Below, piece after piece: positions 51,749 to 61,625 of a stretch of 64,000 nucleotides of DNA; the stretch's first letter is position 1, and the number at the start of each line of letters is the position of its first letter. The notes under the pieces were generated by a model that saw only the letters and a list, made by a program, of their open reading frames with translations, ran no database searches and was not told the origin of the DNA. The stretch is taken from NCBI GenBank assembly GCA_913052135.1, contig CAJXDY010000004.1, positions 18,879 to 82,878 of the forward strand, read 5' to 3'. Origin of the DNA: an uncultured Acidobacteriota bacterium. GTDB taxonomy: Bacteria; Acidobacteriota; Vicinamibacteria; Vicinamibacterales; UBA823. Position numbers and translations under genes: made by a program.

Positions 51749-52411
51749 TTACTCTGGTGTTACGAGATTCAGCTCCGCATCCTTTGTGATGTCGATTTTA
51801 CGCACACTACGGCGCTTGGGATCAACATTCCAAACGCGCACTGTATAACGGCCAGGCGGCATATCGGATGATATAAACTGACCTCCCCGTTGAGCGACTA
51901 CCGCATACTCTGCTTCTGTGATCAATATGTACGCGGCCATCGCCGGATGCACATCGCAGGACACACTGTAGGTCCCAACGCTCTCAAAAATATGAAGATG
52001 CGCCCCCTTGCTCGGAGTAGCGACATTAAAGATCGTCTCAAGCGTGGCCGCATTCGTTACGTGAACGTTGTGCAGCACATCGTCTCCATTCGTGAAGGCC
52101 ACCTCCTGTCCGACTCGGGCAACAAGTAAACCCGGAACGAATACTAAACCACGCTGATCCATTGTTACTGTGGCTGTTGACAATGGTTTTGCTTGAGGTC
52201 CGTCTTGCTCGAATAGAATGGCTGAATGAAATCCTCCAGCCACTGGAGGCGCCAATCCTTTGACAATAACACCCTCGACGTTCGTCGCCGTTCTTGGCAC
52301 GTTGCGTCGTTCCTCTGTCGGTTCGGTCATAGGAGTACAACCGAGGTGAACAAACCATACGGTACCAACAAATAGGAGCGTGGGAGTAGAAAAAAACTGA
52401 GTCAAAGACAC
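51749..52411 (-). CDS. Membrane-anchored or lipo-protein with a cupredoxin (type-1 copper) domain plus a CarboxypepD_reg-like beta-sandwich
   Basis: 220 aa. N-terminal hydrophobic segment ending HLGC. Candidate Cu ligands are H in DDVLHNVH and C-x2-H-x2-M in SCDVHPAM (amicyanin-like spacing). The C-terminal MPPGRYTVRVWN is CarboxypepD_reg-like. Confidence 0.6.
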   Translation of the reverse strand: MSLTQFFSTPTLLFVGTVWFVHLGCTPMTEPTEERRNVPRTATNVEGVIVKGLAPPVAGGFHSAILFEQDGPQAKPLSTATVTMDQRGLVFVPGLLVARVGQEVAFTNGDDVLHNVHVTNAATLETIFNVATPSKGAHLHIFESVGTYSVSCDVHPAMAAYILITEAEYAVVAQRGGQFISSDMPPGRYTVRVWNVDPKRRSVRKIDITKDAELNLVTPE

Positions 52412-52426
52412 TCGTCAGTGTAACAA

Positions 52427-53209
52427 TCAGCCAACAACAGCCGGTCTGGCGATACCACCGTACCGCCGATTGCGCTTCTGGTAAGCAAGTAAGGCTTCGA
52501 ATAAATGGCGACAACGAAAATCTGGCCACAAAGTCTCGGTTACCCAGATCTCTGCGTAGGCAATCTGCCAGAGTAGAAAGTTACTCACACGCATCTCGCC
52601 GCTCGTACGAATCAAAAGATCTGGATCTGGCTGACCACTAGTGTACAAAAATTCTGCAAAGCGCGTTTCGTCTAATTCGTTTGCTCGAACATTAGACTGA
52701 ATGGCTCGACGTGCTGCATCAACTATTTCCGCTCGTCCACCGTAATTCAACGCAATATTGAAGACCATGCCCGTATCCGCCTTCGTCTCCTCTTGGGCGA
52801 ATTCCAATTCTTGACGAACATCATCAGCCAACTCATCCTCACGCCCGATCACTTGAAAGCGAATGTTGTTCTTTAATAGCGTCCGTAGTTCCAAGCGTAG
52901 ATACTTCTTTAATAAGCCCATTAAAGTCTTGATTTCGTTTTGTGGGCGTTTCCAATTCTCGACCGAAAACGCGTACAAGGTGACCACCTGGATTCCAAGT
53001 CTGGCAGATGACTCCACAACATCACGCACTGAGTCGATACCCGCACTGTGACCTTGCACCCGTGGCAGTCCTCGTTGCGCGGCCCAGCGACCGTTCCCAT
53101 CCATGATGATTGCGACATGTGTGGGAAGCCGATCAAAGTCAATTTGCCTCGCCAAAGATGCTTCTATCGATTCAGGATTAACCCCATTAAGAACATCTTC
53201 AAGTGACAT
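52427..53209 (-). CDS. uppS: Undecaprenyl diphosphate synthase
   Basis: HVAIIMDGNGRWA and RTSGEMRVSNFLLWQ. The ORF track starts at 53254; the MSLEDV start at 53209 is more likely. Confidence 0.92.
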   Translation of the reverse strand: MSLEDVLNGVNPESIEASLARQIDFDRLPTHVAIIMDGNGRWAAQRGLPRVQGHSAGIDSVRDVVESSARLGIQVVTLYAFSVENWKRPQNEIKTLMGLLKKYLRLELRTLLKNNIRFQVIGREDELADDVRQELEFAQEETKADTGMVFNIALNYGGRAEIVDAARRAIQSNVRANELDETRFAEFLYTSGQPDPDLLIRTSGEMRVSNFLLWQIAYAEIWVTETLWPDFRCRHLFEALLAYQKRNRRYGGIARPAVVG

Positions 53210-53327
53210 AACGCGGCGCAATCCTCCCACCTTGAAAAGACGATCTACGCACAACGAATCCTAACAAACCTTGATGATACAAGGTGTTAGGTGGGGGTTC
53301 AAGCTGGCCAAGAATTTATGTCATGCG

Positions 53328-54113
53328 TCAGTAGTTCACTCTTACCAAAAACAAACCACGGGCTGGTGCCGTGGGTCCGGCTTCACTGCGATCACGGTTT
53401 TGGATTATGTGCTTAATACTCTCTGGCGGTCGTCGGCCTGTGCCGATATCAACGAGTGTTCCAACGATGATTCGAACCATATGCCGAAGAAATCCATTTC
53501 CTTCAACATCGATCGTAACGAGCGAACCATCTACTACTGGAAAAGGGTCGATCGTGCGATCACCTAAAGAACATCGGCTAATCTCAAGTCGAAGAATGCG
53601 ACGCAGGGTTGTCTTGACAGAACTGCGAGCTGCTTGAAAGGCTGCGAAGTCATGCTCACCTTCAAGCAAAGCGCCAGCCGCAAGCATAGCTGAACAATCA
53701 AGATTCTGTGTCACATGCCATGCATACCGGTACTCGAATGGGCTAATGCTGTCGCCAACAATAATCCGGTATTGATAATGTTTAGACTTTACAGTTCGAC
53801 GTGCATTGAAATCAGAGGTGGCTTCCTGAGCTTGTAAGATCCGAATATCCCGTGGCAAACTCGCATTCAAAGCTCTAACAAGTGCCGCTGTGCCGATCTC
53901 GCTGTGCATTTGAACACTAGCAACCTGGCCTATCGCATGAACGCCGGCATCTGTGCGACCAGCACTAGTGATACCCACATGCCGACCCTCAATACGCCCT
54001 ATTGCTTCCTCAACGTAAGCCTGAATAGATTTACCATTTTCCTGTCGTTGCCATCCCACGTACGACGCGCCATCATAGGCTACAATTAATTTGATAGTTC
54101 TGAACATCACCAA
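53328..54113 (-). CDS. truA: tRNA pseudouridine(38-40) synthase
   Basis: 261 aa with AYDGASYVGWQRQ and the catalytic Asp region GRTDAGVHA. Confidence 0.92.
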   Translation of the reverse strand: MVMFRTIKLIVAYDGASYVGWQRQENGKSIQAYVEEAIGRIEGRHVGITSAGRTDAGVHAIGQVASVQMHSEIGTAALVRALNASLPRDIRILQAQEATSDFNARRTVKSKHYQYRIIVGDSISPFEYRYAWHVTQNLDCSAMLAAGALLEGEHDFAAFQAARSSVKTTLRRILRLEISRCSLGDRTIDPFPVVDGSLVTIDVEGNGFLRHMVRIIVGTLVDIGTGRRPPESIKHIIQNRDRSEAGPTAPARGLFLVRVNY

Positions 54114-54187
54114 GATTCCCAGAACGTTTCCGCACCATTTCAGTGACGAGCCACTTATGCGAAACCCAACAAGCGCCTCATCTCGGT

Positions 54188-54769
54188 CTATTCACTACCT
54201 TTTAGTCGTGACCCTGGCTGAACAAGCGGCTCATTGTTTGAACACAATGGACAATCCTGCGGTTTGTAAGTTGGCAACGACAGGCTCACTAAGGTTTGCA
54301 GGTCGACGTCCAACGAGACTGCGGGGCCTCCGCGATTGACAATTGCACCTACACCAACTACCTGAGCGCCTGCACCACGCACGACCTCGATGGTTTCACG
54401 TGTTGACCGACCTGTTGTAACCACGTCCTCAACTATGAGCACACGTTCGCCAAGCTGCAGTTTAAATCCTCTCCGAAGGGCCATCGTGCCATCTCGTCGC
54501 TCAACAAAGATTGCTCGAGTATTCAACCCGCGAGCCACCTCCTGACCTATCACGACTCCACCCAGTGCTGGAGACACCACGATTTCTGGTTTTAATTGTG
54601 AGGCTCTGGCGGCGATTTCAGCACCTAATAAGGACGCCTCCTGAGGATGCTGCAAAACGAGTGCACACTGCAGATATCCCGGGCTGTGCAATCCCGATGA
54701 AAGCTGGAAATGGCCTTCAAGAAGTGCCCCAGAACGCCGAAATAGGGCTAAAATTGTATCTTGATCCAT
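54188..54769 (-). CDS. pyrE: Orotate phosphoribosyltransferase (short type with C-terminal CPLC)
   Basis: 193 aa with GHFQLSSGLHSPGYLQ, the PRPP loop VLIVEDVVTTGRS and DCPLC. Confidence 0.88.
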   Translation of the reverse strand: MDQDTILALFRRSGALLEGHFQLSSGLHSPGYLQCALVLQHPQEASLLGAEIAARASQLKPEIVVSPALGGVVIGQEVARGLNTRAIFVERRDGTMALRRGFKLQLGERVLIVEDVVTTGRSTRETIEVVRGAGAQVVGVGAIVNRGGPAVSLDVDLQTLVSLSLPTYKPQDCPLCSNNEPLVQPGSRLKGSE

Positions 54770-55020
54770 AACGTCTCGTTTGTCCTATAGTGGAAAACCT
54801 CTCAGTAATTAGTTCTGAACAGTTTAGCCTAACCTCATCCCTTTAATGGCCCCCACCGCCGTCAGTATACAATTGCTTGAAACGTGAACGTGGATTGTTT
54901 CGTCTATATATAAGGGACCCTAGCATTCAATGTATATGTAGTGCTGCGGTCCGGATCTTATTGTTATCCCAAGACACTTGTCCGACGCCTCTGTCTCAAT
55001 CACATTTGGAGAAATCTGTT

Positions 55021-56766
55021 ATGTTTCTGGAAGCTACAAATGCCCGTAGATACTTATTTGCCGTCGTGGCAACTTTTATTATTGCAACTCCGGTTTTCGG
55101 ACAATCCATGTCTGAAATTAATCAGCCGACCGTCGCCTCTTTGTCAAGATCTGGAGGCATCGTGCTGCCAGACGATATCCATACCCAAGCAGAGCAGGGT
55201 ATTACTCGTCGTCTATCAATGAATGACGCAGTTGAAATGGCCCTGGAACAGAATCTGACGATTCAGGTCGAAAGACTCAATCCACAGCTGCAAGACCTAT
55301 CAATTGCCACCGTGCGGGCAGCATGGACACCCACGTTAAGCACGACGTTTCAGAACAACGACCAACAAAGACCGTCATCAACTCAGCTGGATGGTGGAGC
55401 GATAAGCACCTACACGACTGCGTTTTCGAATGACATCGGCATCAGTCAACTCACGAAATGGGGCGGTAACTATAACGTTAGTTGGAATAGCTCGACGCAG
55501 TCCACGTCAAACTTTTTTACGAGTTTTAATCCTTCAGTGCGATCGACGATTAACTTCAATTATTCGCAGCCTCTGTTGCGCAATTTTAAGATTGATAACG
55601 CACGGCAGCAACTTTTGATTAGCACAAAGAATCGTGAAATTTCAGACGTCCAGTTACGAGAGACAATCGTTTCAACCGTTCGACAAGTGAAGAATGCCTA
55701 CTGGCAACTCTCCTACGCGATTGCCTCACTTGCCGTGCAACAACAATCGCTCGAATTAGCTAAAGAGTCTCTCCGTAACAACCAGATCAGAGTCGAAGTC
55801 GGAACTATGGCACCCATCGACATCGTCGAAGCACAAGCCGAAGTGGCCCGGAACGAAGAAACCGTGATCGTAGCGGAATCAAACATCGAAGAAGCGGAGG
55901 ATGGTCTTCGAGCGTTAATCATGGATCCGGTCACACCTAACTTCTGGAACATCAATCTGGAACCGACTGATACACCTCTGTTACAAACGCGAGAAATCGA
56001 TATCGATGCTGCTGTGCGCAATGCGTTATCAAAACGCACAGATTTATCTCGGGTTCGTAAAAATCTTGAGAATGTCGACGTGAACATCCGCTACTACAAA
56101 AATCAGACGCTCCCTGATGTTAATTTCCAAATGAACTACTCTGCGCAGGGTGTCGGTGGAACAAAACTGACCAGGGATTCATTTTTTGGTGGAAACGTAA
56201 TAAACAGTGTGTCGAAAGGTTACGGATCAGTCCTAGGAGACGTGTTCACCAGTGATTTTCCAACATGGACTTTCGGTTTTACAGTGGGTTACCCGATCGG
56301 CACCAGTACGGCTGATGTGAACCTTGTGCGTTCCAGACTGCAACGGAGACAAACGGAAACTCAAATCAAGAGCACTGAACTACAAGTGGCAGGCGAGGTC
56401 AGACGAGTTGGTCGGGAAGTGAATACCAACCTGAAACGAGTCGACGCAACGGGGTCCGCACGTCAATTCGCTGAACAACGGTGGGAAGCGGAACAGAAAA
56501 AGTTTGCCGTCGGCATGTCAACAAGCTTTCTGGTATTCCAGGCTCAACGCGACCTAGCGCAGGCACGCAACAACGAACTGGGTGCTATCTTGGATTACAA
56601 TCGAGCAATCGTAGATTTCGATGCGGTGCAAGAGGCTTCGTTAACCGGTGGGGGAGGGAGTTTCACGCTAACAGGTGCAGGCGGGACCGGTTCTACCGCC
56701 TCGACGGGTAATGGACAGACAACAACGGGTATTTCGCCTCAGACTGGTGGTGGCAACTTCTTCTAG
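55021..56766 (+). CDS. TolC-family outer membrane efflux protein with a Gly/Thr-rich C-terminal tail
   Basis: Signal peptide MFLEATNARRYLFAVVATFIIATPVFGQ with GGAGAA upstream of the ATG at 55021. Duplicated OEP repeats; the tail ends ...GGGNFF. Confidence 0.82.
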   Translation: MFLEATNARRYLFAVVATFIIATPVFGQSMSEINQPTVASLSRSGGIVLPDDIHTQAEQGITRRLSMNDAVEMALEQNLTIQVERLNPQLQDLSIATVRAAWTPTLSTTFQNNDQQRPSSTQLDGGAISTYTTAFSNDIGISQLTKWGGNYNVSWNSSTQSTSNFFTSFNPSVRSTINFNYSQPLLRNFKIDNARQQLLISTKNREISDVQLRETIVSTVRQVKNAYWQLSYAIASLAVQQQSLELAKESLRNNQIRVEVGTMAPIDIVEAQAEVARNEETVIVAESNIEEAEDGLRALIMDPVTPNFWNINLEPTDTPLLQTREIDIDAAVRNALSKRTDLSRVRKNLENVDVNIRYYKNQTLPDVNFQMNYSAQGVGGTKLTRDSFFGGNVINSVSKGYGSVLGDVFTSDFPTWTFGFTVGYPIGTSTADVNLVRSRLQRRQTETQIKSTELQVAGEVRRVGREVNTNLKRVDATGSARQFAEQRWEAEQKKFAVGMSTSFLVFQAQRDLAQARNNELGAILDYNRAIVDFDAVQEASLTGGGGSFTLTGAGGTGSTASTGNGQTTTGISPQTGGGNFF

Positions 56767-56884
56767 CATGAAACTTGAGCCAACAGTATTAATACCCCTA
56801 CTTCTTTCTAGGAGAGTTCAACCGAGACATCGATTTCACTTATTAGGCAATCGATGCAGCTTAGGTTGATGCTACACTCTGCCG

Positions 56885-57652
56885 GTGCCGAAGCTATCAG
56901 TCATTGTCATCACTCAGGACGAAGCTGCGAACATTGAAGCTGCTCTGGACTCGGTAACATGGGCAGACGAACTAATTGTTGTCGACTCGGGTAGCTCTGA
57001 TGAAACTACAAGAATCGCAGAGCGCTTTACGAAACATGTCTCAACAAGAAACTGGGAAGGCTATGGTGCTCAAAAGAACTATGCCGCCTCGCTCGCATCC
57101 CATGATTGGATCCTATCGCTAGATGCGGATGAACGGATTCCCCCAAAACTTGCCGAAGAAATTCAAGAGCTTTTAAAAACGGAGCCTGTCAATCAAGGTT
57201 ACCGGATGCCCCGCGTTGCGTTTCATCTAGGTCGATGGATAAGAAGTACCGACTGGTATCCCGACTATCAACTCAGGTTATACACTCGTCGTTTGGCAAG
57301 TTGGAACGAACGTCTGGTACATGAATCAGTGCAAGTTCAGGGAACTACCGGGACTCTTCGAAATGAAATACACCACCTCGCCTACCGCGACCTCTCTCAC
57401 CACTTTATGACAATGGACCGCTACACCACACTTGCTGCAGAAGAAATGTCCTCGCAAGGCCAACGCGGTTCCCTGTGGAAAATGGTTGTCCACCCTCCGT
57501 TCGCATTCATCAGAAACTATCTTGTTCGTGGAGGCATTCGTGACGGGATTCCTGGCTTCATCGTATCAGTAATGAACACCTACTACGTGCTCTTGAAATT
57601 CATCAAACTCTGGGAATTTCAACACAAACGAGCATCGGGAAACGACAATTAA
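56885..57652 (+). CDS. Family 2 glycosyltransferase (WaaE/KdtX-like LPS core type)
   Basis: 255 aa with a GTG start. Motifs LSVIVITQDEAANI, VVDSGSSDET and LSLDADE (DxD). Confidence 0.75.
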   Translation: MPKLSVIVITQDEAANIEAALDSVTWADELIVVDSGSSDETTRIAERFTKHVSTRNWEGYGAQKNYAASLASHDWILSLDADERIPPKLAEEIQELLKTEPVNQGYRMPRVAFHLGRWIRSTDWYPDYQLRLYTRRLASWNERLVHESVQVQGTTGTLRNEIHHLAYRDLSHHFMTMDRYTTLAAEEMSSQGQRGSLWKMVVHPPFAFIRNYLVRGGIRDGIPGFIVSVMNTYYVLLKFIKLWEFQHKRASGNDN

Positions 57653-57687
57653 GGCTCAGTTCCTGCTGAAAACAACTCATGTTTTCA

Positions 57688-58809
57688 ATGCACATCGATA
57701 CAGCACCGAGTTGGCGAGGCGGACAAAATCAGGTGTTGTTGACCGTTCGCGGCATGCAAGCGCGCAAACACCAGACAACGCTTGTGGCACATCCAGCAGG
57801 TGAACTTCGCCACCGTGCCGAGAAGGACGTTGCCGTGATACCTCTGGTGCCACGCCATGAACTGGATCTCAAAATGGCCTGGAAGCTGTCTCGACTTGTT
57901 AGAAAATTGCGACCAGACATTGTTCACGCGCACGATCCACATGCAGTAGCTATAGCCGCCTTAGCACTTTTGCTCGGTGCACCGAAACCAAGGCCGTTCT
58001 TGATGGCATCCCGTCGTGTCGATTTTCATCTCAAGAAGAATATTTTTTCACGCTGGAAATACAAGCAAGTCGATGGGTTCGTTTGTGCATCGAATGCTAT
58101 TCGCGAGATGCTAATCGGCGATGGATTTCCAGCTGATCGGGCATGCTTAGTGCACGACGGTATTGATATCCAACAACTTGAGGCCGCGAGGCCAGTCGAT
58201 TTACACCAAGAATTATGCCTTCCAAAAAATGCACTTATCGTAGGAAATGTTGCAGCGCTTGTCCCGCATAAGGGTCATCGCTATTTGATTGATGCGATGC
58301 CAAGTGTTCTAGACAAGATTCCCGAAGCGCGCCTTGTTATTGTTGGGCAGGGCCAACTCGAATCCGCACTGCGGGCACAGATTAAAGCTCTCAACCTTGA
58401 AACGTATGTTTTCCTAGTTGGATTCCGTCCAAATGTACTGGCGTTCCATAAAGCTTTTGACATCTTTGTCTTAAGTTCCATCACGGAGGGACTGGGCACT
58501 TCATTACTTGATGCCATGGCAGCTCGCCGCGCTATCGTTGCAACGCGTACGGGTGGCATTCCTGAAGTAGTTACAGATAAAGAGACGGGACTGTTAGTCT
58601 CTCCACGAGACAATCAGGAACTCAGTTTGGCGATCATTCGACTACTCCACGACCAGGAGTTGTGCGCTCGGATGGGAGCAAATGGCTTTGCACGAGTGTG
58701 CAAATATTTCAGTGCCGACCAGATGGTCAATTCGCTGCTTGCTGCTTACAACCACTTGGGTTACAAAGACCGCGAAGCGGACAGTTCGTATCCTGATGAG
58801 CCTGCCTGA
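57688..58809 (+). CDS. GT4 (GT-B fold, family 1-type) glycosyltransferase
   Basis: About 373 aa with the EGLGTSLLDAMAARRAIVATRTGGIPEVV (E-x7-E region). The ORF track starts at 57679. Confidence 0.8.
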   Translation: MHIDTAPSWRGGQNQVLLTVRGMQARKHQTTLVAHPAGELRHRAEKDVAVIPLVPRHELDLKMAWKLSRLVRKLRPDIVHAHDPHAVAIAALALLLGAPKPRPFLMASRRVDFHLKKNIFSRWKYKQVDGFVCASNAIREMLIGDGFPADRACLVHDGIDIQQLEAARPVDLHQELCLPKNALIVGNVAALVPHKGHRYLIDAMPSVLDKIPEARLVIVGQGQLESALRAQIKALNLETYVFLVGFRPNVLAFHKAFDIFVLSSITEGLGTSLLDAMAARRAIVATRTGGIPEVVTDKETGLLVSPRDNQELSLAIIRLLHDQELCARMGANGFARVCKYFSADQMVNSLLAAYNHLGYKDREADSSYPDEPA

Positions 58810-59638
58810 AACCGCATGAATTAGTCATTCCGAGTCGACACAGTGAAAAGTCATACTTCACTGGGTCAATCGGCGCAAAGACACGTAACGATGCAGTGAG
58901 GTCAACTGCCATACGCCAGCTTGGGCTACGATATTTGGTCAAGTTGAGACACTGGCCAACACGGACAATGTGAGTATCAAGTGGAATAATTAATTTCGAT
59001 TTTGAAATTAAAGACCACACCCCAAGGTCAATCGCATCCTTACGTACCATCCATCGTAAAAACAAGTTCAGTCTCTTACATCCACTCCCTGACGATGGTT
59101 TCGGAAAAAAATATTGCACACCGGTTATGGGCATTTCTTTCCCATACACAATTGATAAATCGATTTGCAAAGCCCTTTGAGAAAACGATTCGAGTGCATT
59201 ACCGATATCGCTAGCCTCGTGAACGTAACCCTCAGCGAAAAACCGCTCGATCGACCCGGACATTTCTATCATCCGCCGAATTATCCAGAGCAATGCAACG
59301 ATGTCAATGCCGCGAATCCATCGGTGTTTAATTAGATACAACTCCTGGCGATACCGATTTGGTTCGAACGATTTGATGAACTCAAACGGAGATGGACCGG
59401 TAACCGCAAGTAATAGCTCAAGGGTGGATAGAATGCTCTCAACCCGTCCAAATGCTAATGCGGCCGCACAAAATCCAACCACTTCCCTATCGGCATTGGT
59501 TTGATACCGATGGACTAAGTGAACTGGATCAACACTAGCCTGCACCCGGTCATGACTCCGGTACAGTCGCTCAAGTTCCAGTCCTAGAGACCGCGAGGAA
59601 TTAGCAAACGATTGCTGATTGGACAAGTCTGGTGTCAA
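58727..59638 (-). CDS. TIGR02757 / DUF2400 family protein (function unknown)
   Basis: 303 aa. The motifs match my recollection of this family: GSGCKRLNLFLRWMVRKD, PLDTHIVRVG, DPVKYDFSLCRLG and a C-terminal CPLRGLC. Confidence 0.7.
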   Translation of the reverse strand: MTPDLSNQQSFANSSRSLGLELERLYRSHDRVQASVDPVHLVHRYQTNADREVVGFCAAALAFGRVESILSTLELLLAVTGPSPFEFIKSFEPNRYRQELYLIKHRWIRGIDIVALLWIIRRMIEMSGSIERFFAEGYVHEASDIGNALESFSQRALQIDLSIVYGKEMPITGVQYFFPKPSSGSGCKRLNLFLRWMVRKDAIDLGVWSLISKSKLIIPLDTHIVRVGQCLNLTKYRSPSWRMAVDLTASLRVFAPIDPVKYDFSLCRLGMTNSCGFRQAHQDTNCPLRGLCNPSGCKQQAAN

Positions 59639-60255
59639 AAGGTCGTAATTGGTTCACCTGTTACACACTGTGGACATTCCGCAACTGGATAATTCTCAGG
59701 TGCGCGGTATTCAGCTAGAGCTGCGTTGGGAACCTCCAGTGACGTAACAACCTCGAGTCGATCACAGATTTCAACCGTTCCGATGACTGAACCACCTGCG
59801 CCATGCACAAGGGTTGCGCACTGCTCGAATGTCTTACCTGTATTTCGAATATCGTCAGCTATGAGCACATGCTTGCCGGACATCCGACTCGCATAAAAAC
59901 TTCGTAGGGTTAGACCTTCAACCGGATCGAAGTTGAACGGCGCAAAACTACATGGGGGATGAGTGAGGCTTCGCCGCCCATCGAGTAGCCCAGCAATAGT
60001 ATGAGCCAAGAGGGCCCCGCCAGTCACCGGACCGGCAACAATCTGAGTCTTAGAAATCAGGTCTTCAGACAAAACATCAATGAGATCCTGTGCAAATCGC
60101 CAGATGGTGGACGGTTGCTGAAACAACTGATGGGGATTCAAGTAAACACGCCCGTGATATCCGTTGCCATAATCGAAATGCCCGTTGAGCATTAAAATTT
60201 CAAGATCTTGTAGAACCTTCAAGGCTTTATTCCGCACTTCGCGTTGCCGACTCAC
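59635..60255 (-). CDS. Type I phosphoribosyltransferase, diverged PyrE-like paralog
   Basis: 206 aa with the PRPP loop VLIADDIRNTGKT and a C-terminal ECPQC, parallel to DCPLC in pyrE. The orotate/PRPP N-terminal motif is diverged (GHFDYGNGYHGRVYLN versus GHFQLSSGLHSPGYLQ). Confidence 0.7.
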   Translation of the reverse strand: MSRQREVRNKALKVLQDLEILMLNGHFDYGNGYHGRVYLNPHQLFQQPSTIWRFAQDLIDVLSEDLISKTQIVAGPVTGGALLAHTIAGLLDGRRSLTHPPCSFAPFNFDPVEGLTLRSFYASRMSGKHVLIADDIRNTGKTFEQCATLVHGAGGSVIGTVEICDRLEVVTSLEVPNAALAEYRAPENYPVAECPQCVTGEPITTF

Positions 60256-60286
60256 GTCACCTGCCTTTTTGAATTATTTAGCTGCG

Positions 60287-61603
60287 TTATCCAATGGAGA
60301 AGCCCGTGGCTCCTCCGTCAAGTCCAGGGTTGACGAAAACAGTACGCCCGCCGACTACAGTTGCCGCGACAGCGCCATGCAATTCCCAACCGTCAAATGG
60401 GGTATTTCGCGCCTTTGAGCACACATCAGCCGCCTTAAATGTTGTCGTGGCATCTAATGAAAGGAGAGTGAGGTCAGCAGGCGCTCCTTCAACCACCGTA
60501 CCTCCCTCTACGCCTAAGATGCGAGCAGGATTAGTCGACAACAACTCAACCAATCTTGACAAAGATAAAATCCCCGAGTGGACCAACCGATCGAGTGAAA
60601 TAGACACCGCACTCTCAAGGCCAATAATACCGAATGGTGCTGCATCGAATTCCAAGGCCTTTTCATCGTAGTGATGTGGAGCATGATCAGTGGCTATGGC
60701 ATCCACACTGCCATCGGCCAAGCCTTCAAGTATCGCATCACAGTCAGCCGCCTCACGTAACGGGGGGCTCATCTTAAAATTTGTGTCGTACCCCGCCAGG
60801 GCTTCGTGAGTCAACGTAAAATGATGCGGCGCGACCTCACATGTCACACGAATTTTACGCTGTTTTCCAGACTTGACTGCACGCAACGATCCTCGCGCAC
60901 TCAAATGTGCGATATGCACTGCTCCCCCAGTTAGCCCGGCAAGCGTAATATCCCGCTCGACCATAAGTTCTTCAGCCACCGCCGGCAAGCCACGCAGACC
61001 CAACGCGGACGCATGAAAGCCTTCGTGTGCAACCCCATCTCCTTTTAGCGATAAATCTTCACAATGATCAATAACGGGCATTTCGAACATGTCCGCGTAC
61101 TCAAGCGCGCGGCGCATTAGCAAAGCATCCGCAACTGGATAACCGTCGTCGGAGACGGCAACACAACCAGCCTTCCGAAGCTCCGCAAAATCAGACAGTT
61201 GTTTTCCGAGGGAGCCACGTGAAACGGCACCAATTGGATACACGCGTGCCTTGTTCGCCTGCGTCGCTTTTGCCAAAATAAATTCTGTAACGCCAGCATT
61301 ATCGTTGACCGGGTCGGTGTTTGGCATACAGGCTATAGCAGTAAAACCGCCTGCAACAGCCGAGGCTGTCCCGGTCTCAATCGTTTCCTTGTGCTCTTGA
61401 CCTGGTTCGCGGAGATGGACGTGCATGTCGATAAACCCAGGACACACTACCCAATCTGGTGGCACGTCAACAATCTTCGCTCCAGAAGCATCAAAATCAC
61501 CGCCGACCTGTGCGAAGACGCCGTTGTCGAGCAAGAGATCACATGCCCCATCGATTCCACGCCCTGGATCGACCATACGACTGCATCTCAACAAGGTTTT
61601 CAT
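60287..61603 (-). CDS. pyrC: Dihydroorotase (long, allantoinase-like type)
   Basis: 438 aa with GFIDMHVHLREPG and ATDHAPH. It lies downstream of pyrB. Confidence 0.9.
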   Translation of the reverse strand: MKTLLRCSRMVDPGRGIDGACDLLLDNGVFAQVGGDFDASGAKIVDVPPDWVVCPGFIDMHVHLREPGQEHKETIETGTASAVAGGFTAIACMPNTDPVNDNAGVTEFILAKATQANKARVYPIGAVSRGSLGKQLSDFAELRKAGCVAVSDDGYPVADALLMRRALEYADMFEMPVIDHCEDLSLKGDGVAHEGFHASALGLRGLPAVAEELMVERDITLAGLTGGAVHIAHLSARGSLRAVKSGKQRKIRVTCEVAPHHFTLTHEALAGYDTNFKMSPPLREAADCDAILEGLADGSVDAIATDHAPHHYDEKALEFDAAPFGIIGLESAVSISLDRLVHSGILSLSRLVELLSTNPARILGVEGGTVVEGAPADLTLLSLDATTTFKAADVCSKARNTPFDGWELHGAVAATVVGGRTVFVNPGLDGGATGFSIG

Positions 61604-61625
61604 TAGCTCTTAAACCCTCCAAACC

